NCBI GenBank assembly: GCA_041667185.1
Contig: JBAYFM010000004.1
Coordinates: 9,097-73,096, forward strand
Length of the DNA: 64,000 bases
Origin: Patescibacteria group bacterium
GTDB taxonomy: Bacteria > Patescibacteriota > Patescibacteriia > SG8-24
Reading direction: 5' to 3'
Positions 26,081-36,600 of the stretch are shown here, in pieces. The number at the start of each line of letters is the position of its first letter. The first letter of the stretch is position 1. The notes beneath the pieces were generated by a model. It did not search any database. It had not been told where the DNA came from and saw only the letters and a list, made by a program, of their open reading frames with translations. The translations under genes and the position numbers were made by a program.

Positions 26081-27349
26081 TCAGTGGACCATCGCGCCAA
26101 ACCACTTCTTGAGATGCTCGGTGACTTTTTCGACCGGTTTGGATTTCGACCACTCGCCCTTGCGGCGCGCGGGCGTTTCCTCAGCTTCCCGCATCGCCCA
26201 CTGCATGAGTCCGATGGCGGTCGTGTAGCCGAGATCCGTGACCTTGTCCGTGATCGAAGTGACGCCGATGGGATAGCCGAGCGAAACCGGCAGACGCAAT
26301 TTTTGCTTGGCCAGGTCAGTGAGTCCGGCGACCTTGGCGCCGCCGCCGGTGATCACGATACCGGCCGGCAGCATGCCGCTCCGGTCGATCTTCTTGAGTT
26401 CGCCATCGACTTTCTCCAGGATCTCCTCGGCCCGGGACTGGATGATGTTGGCGACGTATTTCAAGGAGACCATCTCATCCGAATCAGCGCCCATCTCCTT
26501 CAGATTGATCTCTTCGCGTTTGGTAAGATCCTTGGAGACCGCGCGGCCGTAATTCAGTTTGACCTTCTCGGCAATGTCGATCGACGTCCTGAGCCCGATG
26601 GCGATGTCGCTCGTGATGTGGTCGGCGCCGATGGGCAAGGTCGCAAGATGCATGATATCGCCCTGCTCGAAGACCACGATCGAGGTGGTCGAACCGCCGA
26701 TATTCACGACCGCCACGCCCAATTCTTTCTGCCGGGGCGTCACGACGACCTCGGCCGCGGCCAGGATGCCAAGCACCAGATCATCGATATTGACGCCGGT
26801 GCGATAAACGCATTTGGTGAGATTCTTGATATGTGCGGAAAGCCCCTGGACGATCTGCGCGTCGACCTCGAGCCTGATGCCGGTCATGCCGACCGGGTCC
26901 TTGACCCCCGGCTGGGAGTCGACGGTGAAGGTCTTGGGGATGACGTGAATGATCTCGAAATTGACCGGGGTGGCGATATTCTGCGCGGCCTCGATCGCCC
27001 GCACGACATCATCTTCGCGGATCTCGCCGTCCGGACGGGCCACCGCGACCACGCCTTTGCTCACGAGCGAAGAGACGTGCGTTCCCGGAATGGCGATCAT
27101 AGCGGAACTCACCGGTACGCCGGTCATCCGCTCGACGCGCTCCAAGCAGCTCGAAACCGTCGAGACGGCATCCTCGATCGAGATGACCGTGCCGCGGGAG
27201 ACACCCTCGGAAACCGTTTCCGCGGCGCCGAGGATGTGGACCGATTCCTTGTCGCCGACAGGCAAACGCTGCCCGACCACGATGCGGACGGCGCACGAAC
27301 CGATGTCTATTCCGGCGAAAATCTGATCATTGGGCATAACGCTCGACAA
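26081..27349 (-). CDS. ftsA: Cell division protein FtsA
   Basis: Actin-fold ATPase motifs IFAGIDIGSCAVRIVVG and VVNIGGSTTSIVVFEQGD. Confidence 0.9.
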   Translation of the reverse strand: MSSVMPNDQIFAGIDIGSCAVRIVVGQRLPVGDKESVHILGAAETVSEGVSRGTVISIEDAVSTVSSCLERVERMTGVPVSSAMIAIPGTHVSSLVSKGVVAVARPDGEIREDDVVRAIEAAQNIATPVNFEIIHVIPKTFTVDSQPGVKDPVGMTGIRLEVDAQIVQGLSAHIKNLTKCVYRTGVNIDDLVLGILAAAEVVVTPRQKELGVAVVNIGGSTTSIVVFEQGDIMHLATLPIGADHITSDIAIGLRTSIDIAEKVKLNYGRAVSKDLTKREEINLKEMGADSDEMVSLKYVANIIQSRAEEILEKVDGELKKIDRSGMLPAGIVITGGGAKVAGLTDLAKQKLRLPVSLGYPIGVTSITDKVTDLGYTTAIGLMQWAMREAEETPARRKGEWSKSKPVEKVTEHLKKWFGAMVH

Positions 27350-27371
27350 ATGTTTGGCGCTGCGAGGCCGT

Positions 27372-27737
27372 TCAAACTAACGCCGCCAGGCGCGGACCGA
27401 AGATCAACACGGCGATGATCACGGATCCGATCGCGGCAGCAAAAACCGTGCCTGCCATGATATCCTTGATGTCTTCGACATACGGATGCAGGCGCGGTTT
27501 GAAGAGATCGACCATGCGTTCAAAAATACTGTTCAGCAATTCTAACACGAGCACAAGTGCAATAGCAAGCGTCAAAATCGACCGTTCCGCGCCGGAAAGA
27601 TCGAATACGGACATGAGGACGACGACCGCGGCGGCGGCGGCCAATTCAACGCGAAAATTCTGCTCTTCGCGGGCGACTTTGGCGATACCGCGGGCGGCGT
27701 AGCGGAAACTTTTGACTAATTTCTTCGGATCTAACAT
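27372..27737 (-). CDS. dgkA: Diacylglycerol kinase family protein (DgkA-like)
   Basis: Start taken at MLDPKKLVKSFRYAARGI (typical DgkA FRYAxxG motif), three TM helices. The longer ORF would overlap ybeY. Confidence 0.7.
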   Translation of the reverse strand: MLDPKKLVKSFRYAARGIAKVAREEQNFRVELAAAAAVVVLMSVFDLSGAERSILTLAIALVLVLELLNSIFERMVDLFKPRLHPYVEDIKDIMAGTVFAAAIGSVIIAVLIFGPRLAALV

Positions 27738-27750
27738 AGCATTCGCTCGA

Positions 27751-28200
27751 TCAGAGGACTTTGGTCCTGAGCAGGACTTCTTGTTGGAGAAAAAACATCT
27801 TTTTTTCGCGGGCCGGGACGTTGTGATCGTAACCAAGGAGGTGGAGGAACCCGTGGACGATGACGAGAGCGAGTTCCTGCGCGCAAGGCCGGCCGATCTC
27901 GGCCGCCTGGCGGCGCACGCGGCCGGGACAGACGATGAGATCGCCGAGTCCGCCGCTGTCGGACAGGCGACGTTCTTTCCGGTCGAGCTCGTGATAGGCG
28001 AAAGACAGGACGTCGGTCGGCCGATCGAGACCGCGACGCTCGCGATTCAGCCGCCGCATTTCCGGCTCGCTCACGAAGACGATCGAGATCGCGGCCGCGC
28101 CGCTCCAACCAGCCAGCCGGAAAGACATGGCGAGTAATTTTTGCAGAGGCAGTTCCCGGAGACACGCCGGCGGACGACCATGAAGATCAACGCTCACCAT
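27751..28200 (-). CDS. ybeY: rRNA maturation endoribonuclease YbeY
   Basis: Metal-binding motif HGFLHLLGYDH. Confidence 0.85.
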   Translation of the reverse strand: MVSVDLHGRPPACLRELPLQKLLAMSFRLAGWSGAAAISIVFVSEPEMRRLNRERRGLDRPTDVLSFAYHELDRKERRLSDSGGLGDLIVCPGRVRRQAAEIGRPCAQELALVIVHGFLHLLGYDHNVPAREKKMFFLQQEVLLRTKVL

Positions 28201-28277
28201 ACGCCTGAATCATACCGCAGGAGACGGGAATTGAAAACCGCTCCGGAACATTCCGGAGCGGTCGCAATTTCTTGGCT

Positions 28278-29453
28278 CTACTCAGCGACTTTCAGGCTAT
28301 TCACCACCATCTTGAAAGTGACCGCGTAATCAAGTTTATTCTGGCCTCCCAGATTATAACTCACGATGAATATGCGCTTGCCCGCAGCCACGAAGGCCGT
28401 CATCTTGTCCGGGCTCAGGATCTCCTCGTGACCGCCGAGAGTCTTAAGCAATTGAACCTCGGAACCCACGACGCCTGGCGATTGTTCCAGATACCAATCC
28501 AAGAGCGTCTTGTCCGTATCATTGGTTTCGACCAACACCTGGATGAACTCACCCTTGGGCGACGTGAAGTAGGTTTCCTTGCCATCTTCGCCTTTCTCGC
28601 TCACGACCCAGGAGGCCGGACGGAAGATCTCGTAACCCTGGACCGCGCTCTTGTAGACAGCGATCCCCGGATTATTCACGAGCAGGGCCGGGCGCGGCCG
28701 GGCCGGATCGAAAAGGTTGAGTACCTCGTTCAGATCAACGAAACTGTCGCCGTCGGAATCAGGATTGCTCATATCCGAGCCGTAGATGCCGGTCTCTTCC
28801 GCGTCGGTCACGCCGTCAAAATCAGAATCCGCTCCCGGAGTCGGTTCGGGAGGTTCGCAATCAGCGGCGCAGGTCTCGAGAGTCTCAGGTTCCTCGCATT
28901 TGTTGTCACCGCAGACCGGACCGGGCGGCACGCAATCAGCAGAACATGTTTCCACGGTCTCCGGCGCCTCGCATTTGTTGTCACCGCAGACCGGACCCGG
29001 GGACGGGCAGTCGGCCGGACAAACGGCGAAATTCTCGCCGCTTTCGCATCGGTTGTCGCCGCAGACCGGACCGGCCGGAATATTGGCGTTGGTATTGATC
29101 GCGGGCTGGACCGGACCCTTGGCCTTCTGTCCGGGCTGGTAGACCAGGAAATAATACGCAGCGCTGCCGCCGAGAGCTAGCAACAGGAAAATGACGATCA
29201 GGATGATCGGCAACGCGCTGCGTTTCTTGGGCTGCGGCGGTTTGGACGCTGGAGGATTAGCCGCTGCTGCCGGAGCCGGCACTGCCGGTTTCTTCGGCGG
29301 CTCGACCACTTTCTTCTTCAGAGCCGCGCCATAAAACTCATCCGGAATGACGTGGATGACGGTCTCGGAAGAGTTGGCGCCAGGCAAAGCCGCGGTGGGC
29401 GTGCCTGGCGGTTTCTCAAAACCCGGATTCGGAGCGATGTTCGGGGTGTCCAT
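28278..29453 (-). CDS. Membrane-anchored surface protein with three PVCGDNxCE...C.ADC repeats, TSP3 Ca-binding repeats and a C-terminal beta domain
   Basis: TM IILIVIFLLLALGG. Threefold PGPVCGDNKCE(x)PET(x)ETC(x)ADC repeat. DSDFDGVTDAEE and DSDGDSFVDLNE motifs. Confidence 0.6.
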   Translation of the reverse strand: MDTPNIAPNPGFEKPPGTPTAALPGANSSETVIHVIPDEFYGAALKKKVVEPPKKPAVPAPAAAANPPASKPPQPKKRSALPIILIVIFLLLALGGSAAYYFLVYQPGQKAKGPVQPAINTNANIPAGPVCGDNRCESGENFAVCPADCPSPGPVCGDNKCEAPETVETCSADCVPPGPVCGDNKCEEPETLETCAADCEPPEPTPGADSDFDGVTDAEETGIYGSDMSNPDSDGDSFVDLNEVLNLFDPARPRPALLVNNPGIAVYKSAVQGYEIFRPASWVVSEKGEDGKETYFTSPKGEFIQVLVETNDTDKTLLDWYLEQSPGVVGSEVQLLKTLGGHEEILSPDKMTAFVAAGKRIFIVSYNLGGQNKLDYAVTFKMVVNSLKVAE

Positions 29454-29465
29454 GGGAATAGCGGC

Positions 29466-30068
29466 TTAGGGCGTCGGCGGCAGACCGGGCAATTTTCCCG
29501 GCCCCAGCGGATTATAGCCAGCCTTGACCTCGGCGCCATCAAGATAACCGTCACCGTCGGTATCCGGCTTCTTCGGGTCGGTCTTGTATTGGCGCACTTC
29601 TTCAAAGTCGGTCAATCCGTCGTTGTCGGTGTCAACGGCCTGCGGGTCGGTCCCGAGCTGCGCCTCCTCCATATCGGACAACCCATCGCCGTCGGAGTCG
29701 ATCGGAGCGGTCTCTACGGCTGGCGGGACGATCGGCTCCTGCGGCTGCGGTTCGGGTGCTTGCGGCGCGGCCGGTTCGGGCTGGGGCTCTTGGGCCTCCG
29801 GTTGGGTCGGCTGGGCTTCCACATCGGTCGCCGCGGCCTGATCCGTTGGCGCCGCCGGAGCGGGCGCCTGGCTGCGATTCAAAAAGAAATACGCGCCGCC
29901 GCCGATCGCGGCCAGAACGATGACGCCGACAAGACCAAGCAGAAGCTTATTGGGTCCGGCCGAATACGCAGCCTGGGGCGCGGGAACGCCAGAACCAGCC
30001 GGCTGGACCGGCCTGGGCTTGTCCACTTCCGCGAAAATATCTACCGGTTCTTTGGCGTCGTCGAACAT
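29466..30068 (-). CDS. Membrane-anchored protein with TSP3 Ca-binding repeats
   Basis: TM LLLGLVGVIVLAAIGGGAYFF. Pro/Gln/Glu-rich linker. DSDGDGLSDMEE, DTDNDGLTDFEE, DTDGDGYLDGAE. Confidence 0.6.
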   Translation of the reverse strand: MFDDAKEPVDIFAEVDKPRPVQPAGSGVPAPQAAYSAGPNKLLLGLVGVIVLAAIGGGAYFFLNRSQAPAPAAPTDQAAATDVEAQPTQPEAQEPQPEPAAPQAPEPQPQEPIVPPAVETAPIDSDGDGLSDMEEAQLGTDPQAVDTDNDGLTDFEEVRQYKTDPKKPDTDGDGYLDGAEVKAGYNPLGPGKLPGLPPTP

Positions 30069-30257
30069 AAATTTATGTTATCTCAGCGAAAATACTACAA
30101 GCGATACCACAACCATTGTTTATTTCTTTGAGCTTATGATACAGCGGAATTCTTCTGTATTTATCATATCACATCTTTAGACCCGTTTCTATCACCCAAA
30201 ATCGTCGCTAAAACCAAAATCATCTTCCCCAGCCAGGGAGGACGATCTTTTGCGGAC

Positions 30258-30671
30258 TTATTTGCCTTTGACCAGCGGATCGCGGCCGGAACGATATTCT
30301 TCGCTGTCCGAAAGGCCGTCGCCGTCAGTATCGCTCTTGAGAGGGTTTGTCTTGAAGTTGTAATACTCGGCTCCGTCTCCAAGAGTGTCGCCGTCCGTGT
30401 CCCAATTATTCGGGTCAGTCCCGAGTTTGGCCTCTTCCGCAACCGTAAGACCGTCGCCGTCATCATCACCTGAAAGCGGCACTGGGACTGAAGGAGTATC
30501 CTGGCGCGGTTGTTGCTCACCCGCCTCAACACCTGATCCCGACTGCCCTACCGGCACTTGTGCCGCATCTTCCAGAACGGATCGAGATCTCAGATAGAAC
30601 GCCAGAGCGCCACCACCCAACAGGACGACCACGAAAACCGACACGATGATAATGATGAGTTTCCGGTTCAT
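30258..30671 (-). CDS. Membrane-anchored protein with TSP3 Ca-binding repeats
   Basis: TM LIIIIVSVFVVVLLGGGALAFYL. DDDGDGLTVAEE, DTDGDTLGDGAE, DTDGDGLSDSEE. Confidence 0.6.
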   Translation of the reverse strand: MNRKLIIIIVSVFVVVLLGGGALAFYLRSRSVLEDAAQVPVGQSGSGVEAGEQQPRQDTPSVPVPLSGDDDGDGLTVAEEAKLGTDPNNWDTDGDTLGDGAEYYNFKTNPLKSDTDGDGLSDSEEYRSGRDPLVKGK

Positions 30672-30683
30672 AAAGAATTGATC

Positions 30684-33600
30684 TTAAGGCGTGCTGGTCT
30701 GATAAACATTCTGCGGGGTCAACGTCGGCACTCCAGAGGTGGGTACGGTCATGTCGAAGATGTACCAGTTTCCCTTGGTATTACTCGTACTCACAGGAGC
30801 CGTGATCGAAGTCAGCTGATACGCGCCGTTGTGCCAGCTGATATACATCCGGGAATTGACTTGGGAGAAATAATCGTAGCCATTACCGCTGTAGTCATTC
30901 ACCCAGAATTTCCAGGTCCGCAGCACCGACCGATCATCATTCCACCGATATAACATTGTCTGCGGTGCGTAATCGAAAGTACCACAGGTGTTCCTGCCAT
31001 CTGGATGGTAGCAGGACAGGAAAGCGTTCGGATTAGTATTAGCCACGTCTTGATTGCCCGGACTGCCGTACGACACTGTCGCGCTGCCTGGATCAGGAAC
31101 CCAAAGATACGAATCAAGGAATCCGTTCAGGTCGCCATCCCAGATATATGCGGCCATGGCGTACCCGTAGGAAACCCGGGGCATCAGATAGAATTGCGGC
31201 GCCGACCAACTGTTCGCCGAACCGCTCGGAACGAACATCGAAGCTGCGTGATAACCGTTGACGTTGCGCTCCACGACCGCTCCAGAAAGGCCGGAAACGA
31301 CCAGATTATTGGCGGGCTTGAACGGCAGCACCTTGAGCCGGACGCGGCAGTGCGCCGGCGTGCCAGTGGTCTTGACCACGTCGGCCAGATTATAATTGCC
31401 GCTGGCATCGGTCTGGATCGCGATATTATTCGGCGAACGATCGACGCCGCAGACGCCGCCGAGTTTCTTGCCGTTGGCCCAGATGAAGATCCCTTCGGTC
31501 ACCTTGTCGTCGAGTCCGATCCAGCAATTGGCGCCGTTGCAGGCCGTCCGGACCTGTTCGTTCTTCGTCAGGTCGGCGATGGACGCGAGTCCGCCGTGAT
31601 TGGAGCAGGCCGACTTGGCGGAATCATAGTTCAAACCAGTGCCCGTGACCGTGAGGTCGTTGCAGACACCGCGGTCGGCCAATTGAGTGGACGAACAAGC
31701 CGCGTCGTTCCACGTGCCGTCAGGGTACATCTGCGCGCAATTCTCATTGCCATCAGGGGAGCCGGTCCAGTTATCCGGCTGCTGCGTCGCCCAGTTATTG
31801 AAGTTCAGGGTCGTATCGGCATTGCAGTCGGTGTCGCTGCCGCAAGTCGTGACGCGATCGTAGTTGCAGACCGCGGCCTGAGCCTCGACAGTCGCGCCGA
31901 CGATCGGAGTATTCACGAACATGGCGTCGCGCAGGTTTCCAGAAACAGCCATGCCTTCGCCAGGCCTGGTCCTGACCGTCCAGTTGTCATCGATCAGACT
32001 GTTGCAGTCATCGTCCTTGCCATTACATAGCTCTTTCGGATAGAAGACCAGGTCCATCGAGTTGGCTGGATTGCAATCGGCGACCTTGGCCAGCGTTGTC
32101 TTGGCGATATCCGGTCCGCCCCAGCAACCGGTGGACGGCGGCCAGGCCTGAATTTCGATCTCGCTGCCGGCGCAGGTCGTGATATTGAAAGAGATGTCGT
32201 AACTGCCATCGGCAGCCGTCATGACCTCCTTCAGATACGTAAGATTGCCGCCGTCCTTGCAATAGAGCTTGATCGGCGCATTGCCGACAACGCCCCTGCC
32301 GCCTTCAACCCTGAACACGCCCCTGATCTTCATCAGATTCTCATCAACCACGCCGTTGCAATTGTTGTCGCGGCCGTCGCAGACATCCTCGACACCCTCG
32401 GTCACCGAGAACGAACCGGTCTCGCCGGTGTCGCCGCTCTTCGTGTAGGTCAGGCTGAAATTCGGCCGCGAATCCCATTGGAGAGGTTCGCAATCCTTGG
32501 AGTTCGGCACGCCGTCGTTGTCGGCATCCGGATCGCAGGAATCCTTCAAGACGATCGGGTAGGACTGCGGCGGAGCGACGGGGTAGGGATTCGGGAACGG
32601 CCAGGAATTCGGCAGCTCCAACAAGTAGGCCTGCGGATTGAACAGGTTCCAGACGCCCTGCGGCGGCCGCACGTCACTATCTGTGTTGACCGTCGAGGAA
32701 TCGTTGCAGGCTTTGGATGACCGGTCGACGCAGGTCCGTTTGCAGGTCTTGGCGTCGCAGCTAGCCTGGCCGGTCTGGCGTCCGAAGACCTGGTCCTGCG
32801 GCCTGGTGCTGACGCAGATCCAGTTATTGATCCCGGTCTCGCCTTCGCACTCTTCCGGTCCGGGCGGATCATGCTCGAAATTCTCCAGGATGTTGTTGCC
32901 GCAGAAGCCGCCGGTGACGGTGCCGAGCTTGCAGGCCGACGTGCAGTAAGTGCAGTCCTGGCCATAGGCCGGACGGCAGCGCTGGCCGTTCAAAGCTCCC
33001 CCGTCGCACTGTTCGCCGCGCGCGGCGCTCACGAAACCGTCGCCGCAGACAGCGTTCTTGCAGTTGACGCAACCGTCGGCGGCATCGCTGTTGCCATCAT
33101 CACATTGTTCGCCGGTGTTCTTCACGCCATCACCGCAGCTGCCGGCTTCGGTGCAGCTCCAGTCGCCCCAGCGGCAGGCCAGCTGATCATCCTCCGTACC
33201 CGGCGCGTTGGCGTAGCAGGTGCGCCGCCAGCGCTTGTCATGATCGTTGGCATCGCAAAACTTGACGCAGGACCAATCCTGCCCGTTCGCGCCGAGGCCG
33301 CGGCAGTCGGCGTTGGTCGAACAGCCGGGCTGCGAAGACAGCTGCGTGCAGGTCGTCTGGTCCGCACCGGGCGGACAGCACAATTGCGGGTAATTCTGGA
33401 CTCCGCCGTCGCAGACCTCGCCAGAACCATTGATCTTGCTGTCGCCGCAGCGCGGACCCAGCTCTTTGCAATCCCAGGAACACGATGGCGCACCATTGAA
33501 ATTATATTGGCCGTTATCAGCGCCCAAATCACAGGCTTCGGAAGCCTGTTTCGCGCCGTCGCCGCAGCGCGGACCCAGACCGTTACAAGTCGAGTTGCAC

Positions 33601-36600
33601 TGGCCGTAAGTCCCGTTGAGCGGACCGTCATCGCAGAACTCGCCGGACTGTTTGATGCCGTCGCCGCAGGAGCCGACCGCGCACGCCCCCGGAGCCTGCC
33701 ATCTGCAATCCAAGCCGCAAGCTTTCCGCTGGACTCCCGGTCGCCCGCCGGATACGCAATCAATGATGGCCGGAGCCTGCCCTGGTTCGCACTCCTCCGG
33801 ATTGGCGCCGCCGATCTGCACCACGCCATCGCCGCAATAGCCCTGGGAGCCGATCTCCGTCATGGCTTGGCAGCGCGGGCCAAGATCGTAGTTCACGCCG
33901 CTCATGAGGAGCGCGCCGCCGCCCTGGGGCTGGCAGCCGGCTTCAGGAGACCAGGCGCACTCCGACTTGGCGACGCATTCGTTCTGCGTGGTGTTGTCGG
34001 GATCGCTGCCGTCGCGCACCTCGAAACAGGTCGAGCCAGCCCAGTACATCTTCGCGTTGGCGGCGCACTTGCCGCCGAACCAATTACAGAAACCGTCCTG
34101 CGCCAGACAGGTGTTCTGTTCGGCATAGGCCGTGCACAGATAATCCTGCCCGGTCTCGAAATCGGCGTAGAGACGGAAATCCTGGCCGCCGACGCTCTGG
34201 AACTCATAGACGTGCGACTCGGCCGGACAGCGATAGACCTTCTCCGCGGCATTCCAGCAAGTGGCGGGATCGAACTTGCGCTTGTCGGCGCAAACGCCGT
34301 TCTCGTAGACGCAGATCTCGGCGTGCTGATCGCAGGCGGCCTTGTTCGGATACTGCGAACAGTAACCGGAACACTGCATGAGCTTGTTGACCGGATCGGC
34401 CACGAGACCGAAACCGAGTTCGCTGGCGAGGACCGACGTCCACGAGCCCCAGCTGCTGATCGTGCGGCCGGGCAGGAAAGTCCCGGACTCGAGCTTGGGA
34501 TAGCCATCGCTCTTTTTGGCGACCAGCGCGTTCCGGAGCTGGACCAGATCGGTCCAGCGCTTCAAGTCGCGGATCAATTTATCCTTGTGAGCGCTGCAAT
34601 AGAGGCCGGCGCGCAGCGGGTCGAAGCCGCCGTTCTTGACGCGGCAATCGACGTCGGCCGAACACGGGATCGGCTTGCCATTGTCGAGCGCCTGCATCCC
34701 CTCCTGGGCGGCATCCACGCAGTAGCCTTTGTTACTGACGTTCAGATTGAAATTTATCTTGTTCAGGATCTGGTCGAAGATGGCCTGAGTCTCCGCCGCC
34801 GCCCCGTCGCTGTAAGACAGGATGTTGACGTTGGTGTACAACCGGCGCTGCTGCTCGGCGGCGATGTCAACCTTGGCCACTGCCAGGCTATAGACCGTCC
34901 GCCCCTCGCGCAAAGCCGGATAGCCATCCACCGTGGTCGCTGTCGGATTGCCGCTGAAGCCCTGTTTCTGGTACCAATCGCTGATGCTCAAATGATCCAG
35001 ATTGGACATGATGCGCAGACCGATGGCGTTCTTTTCCCAGGCTGTGGGCTTATCCGGGAAATTCGGGTCCAGCGGCCCCAAAGCGCGGTCGAACGTGAAC
35101 AGATACTCCCGCTGGATATCGCGGCCAGGCTGCAACGAGGCGTACTTGGACTCGTTCAGGGCCGGTAAGAAACCGACGGCCGGGGTGCGCGGAGCGCTGC
35201 TCGCGGCGCCAGCTTGAGCCAGGCGCCGGCTGGCGCTGCTCAGGGCCGAAGACGTCCGCGAAAGGACTTTAACGCCGCTTTCGTTCAGCGCCGGCAGATC
35301 ATCACCCTCGTCACCGCCCGCGGCGCCATCCCGACAATAATAGAAAGAAAGGTTCGTCGTGGGATCATAGAACGGGAACCACACCTGTTCGTCGCCGAGA
35401 CAGGACAAGCTCGCTCCCCTGGCGGCATCCCAGGGCAAACCATGAGCCTGAACGTCGGTGCATTTCCGCCAGGACGGCCAGGGATTCCGGCACAGCATGA
35501 CCGTGACCCTGGATTCGGCGCTGAGCGTCGAAGGCAGGCCCTGATCCAAGATCTCAGCGGCCACTCGGACCGACTGATCGCCATTGGCCGGGAACTTTTC
35601 GACCGGCGTCTTCCGGACCGAGACCCGGGCGGTTTCGGTTTCCTCCGGACGCGATCTGACGCAATCGGACGCCGCGGCGCAATTCTTGCAATCCGGACTA
35701 TTATCCGCCTCGCCGATCTCGCAGAAACCGTTTCCGACCGCGGGACCGACGACCGTCGGCGCGACCACGATCGGCGAATCGTCAGGCTGAACGTCCCAGA
35801 ACCATTTGAAACGATAATCCGGAGTGCTGTTCAGACTGGCCAGATCACCGCCGCGCGCCGGCTTGGCTTCGGCGACGAAATTCTGGTCGCCATCCAGCGA
35901 ATCCTCAGGATCAGGATATACGGCCGCGTTCGTGTCCTCGGCGGTCGTGAACAGGTGCGAGACCGGAGTCAGTACCACGGAATCGATCTTGCAGACAGCG
36001 CCAGCGGTCTTGAATTCCGACGGGCTCGAATCGTAAAGCGGCACGCCGCCCGCCGTCCGCAGCACCTCGCCGGCCGGACGCAAGCCGTCGGCGCCGCGCA
36101 AAAGTATCGTGTGCGTGACATTGGGCAGATAAGAACCGGCGGACATGAAGGTCACCAGCCGCGGCTTGACGACGAGGTCGCCGGGAACACGGCAATAACC
36201 GGCATCAGCAGCTCGAACCGGCGAGACAGCGCGTTCCAAGAGGTCGAAGAGGAAAGAGATCAACCGCGCCGGAGCCTGCCACCAGGCACTCGACCGGACC
36301 TCCGGCCGGAGAGACGTTTCGCCCCAGGGCCGCAGCTGTCCGTTGACCGGCTGCCGGTCGGCGCAGGTATCGCCTTCGCCGCAATCGGCGTCCGTCGAGC
36401 ACTGCTGGCCGGGTTTCTTGACGCAATATCTGACGGGCCGGCAGGAACCGCCGCAATCAGCGTTGGCGACGCAGGCAAGTCCGTTATTGGAACAGACGCT
36501 GGGCGCCTCCGCGGGCCGCGCAGCGCAAACGACGCCGAAAGAGCAGTCAGAATTGATCTGACAGCGCTCGCCGGTATCGGCGCAATATTTGGCCTGGATA

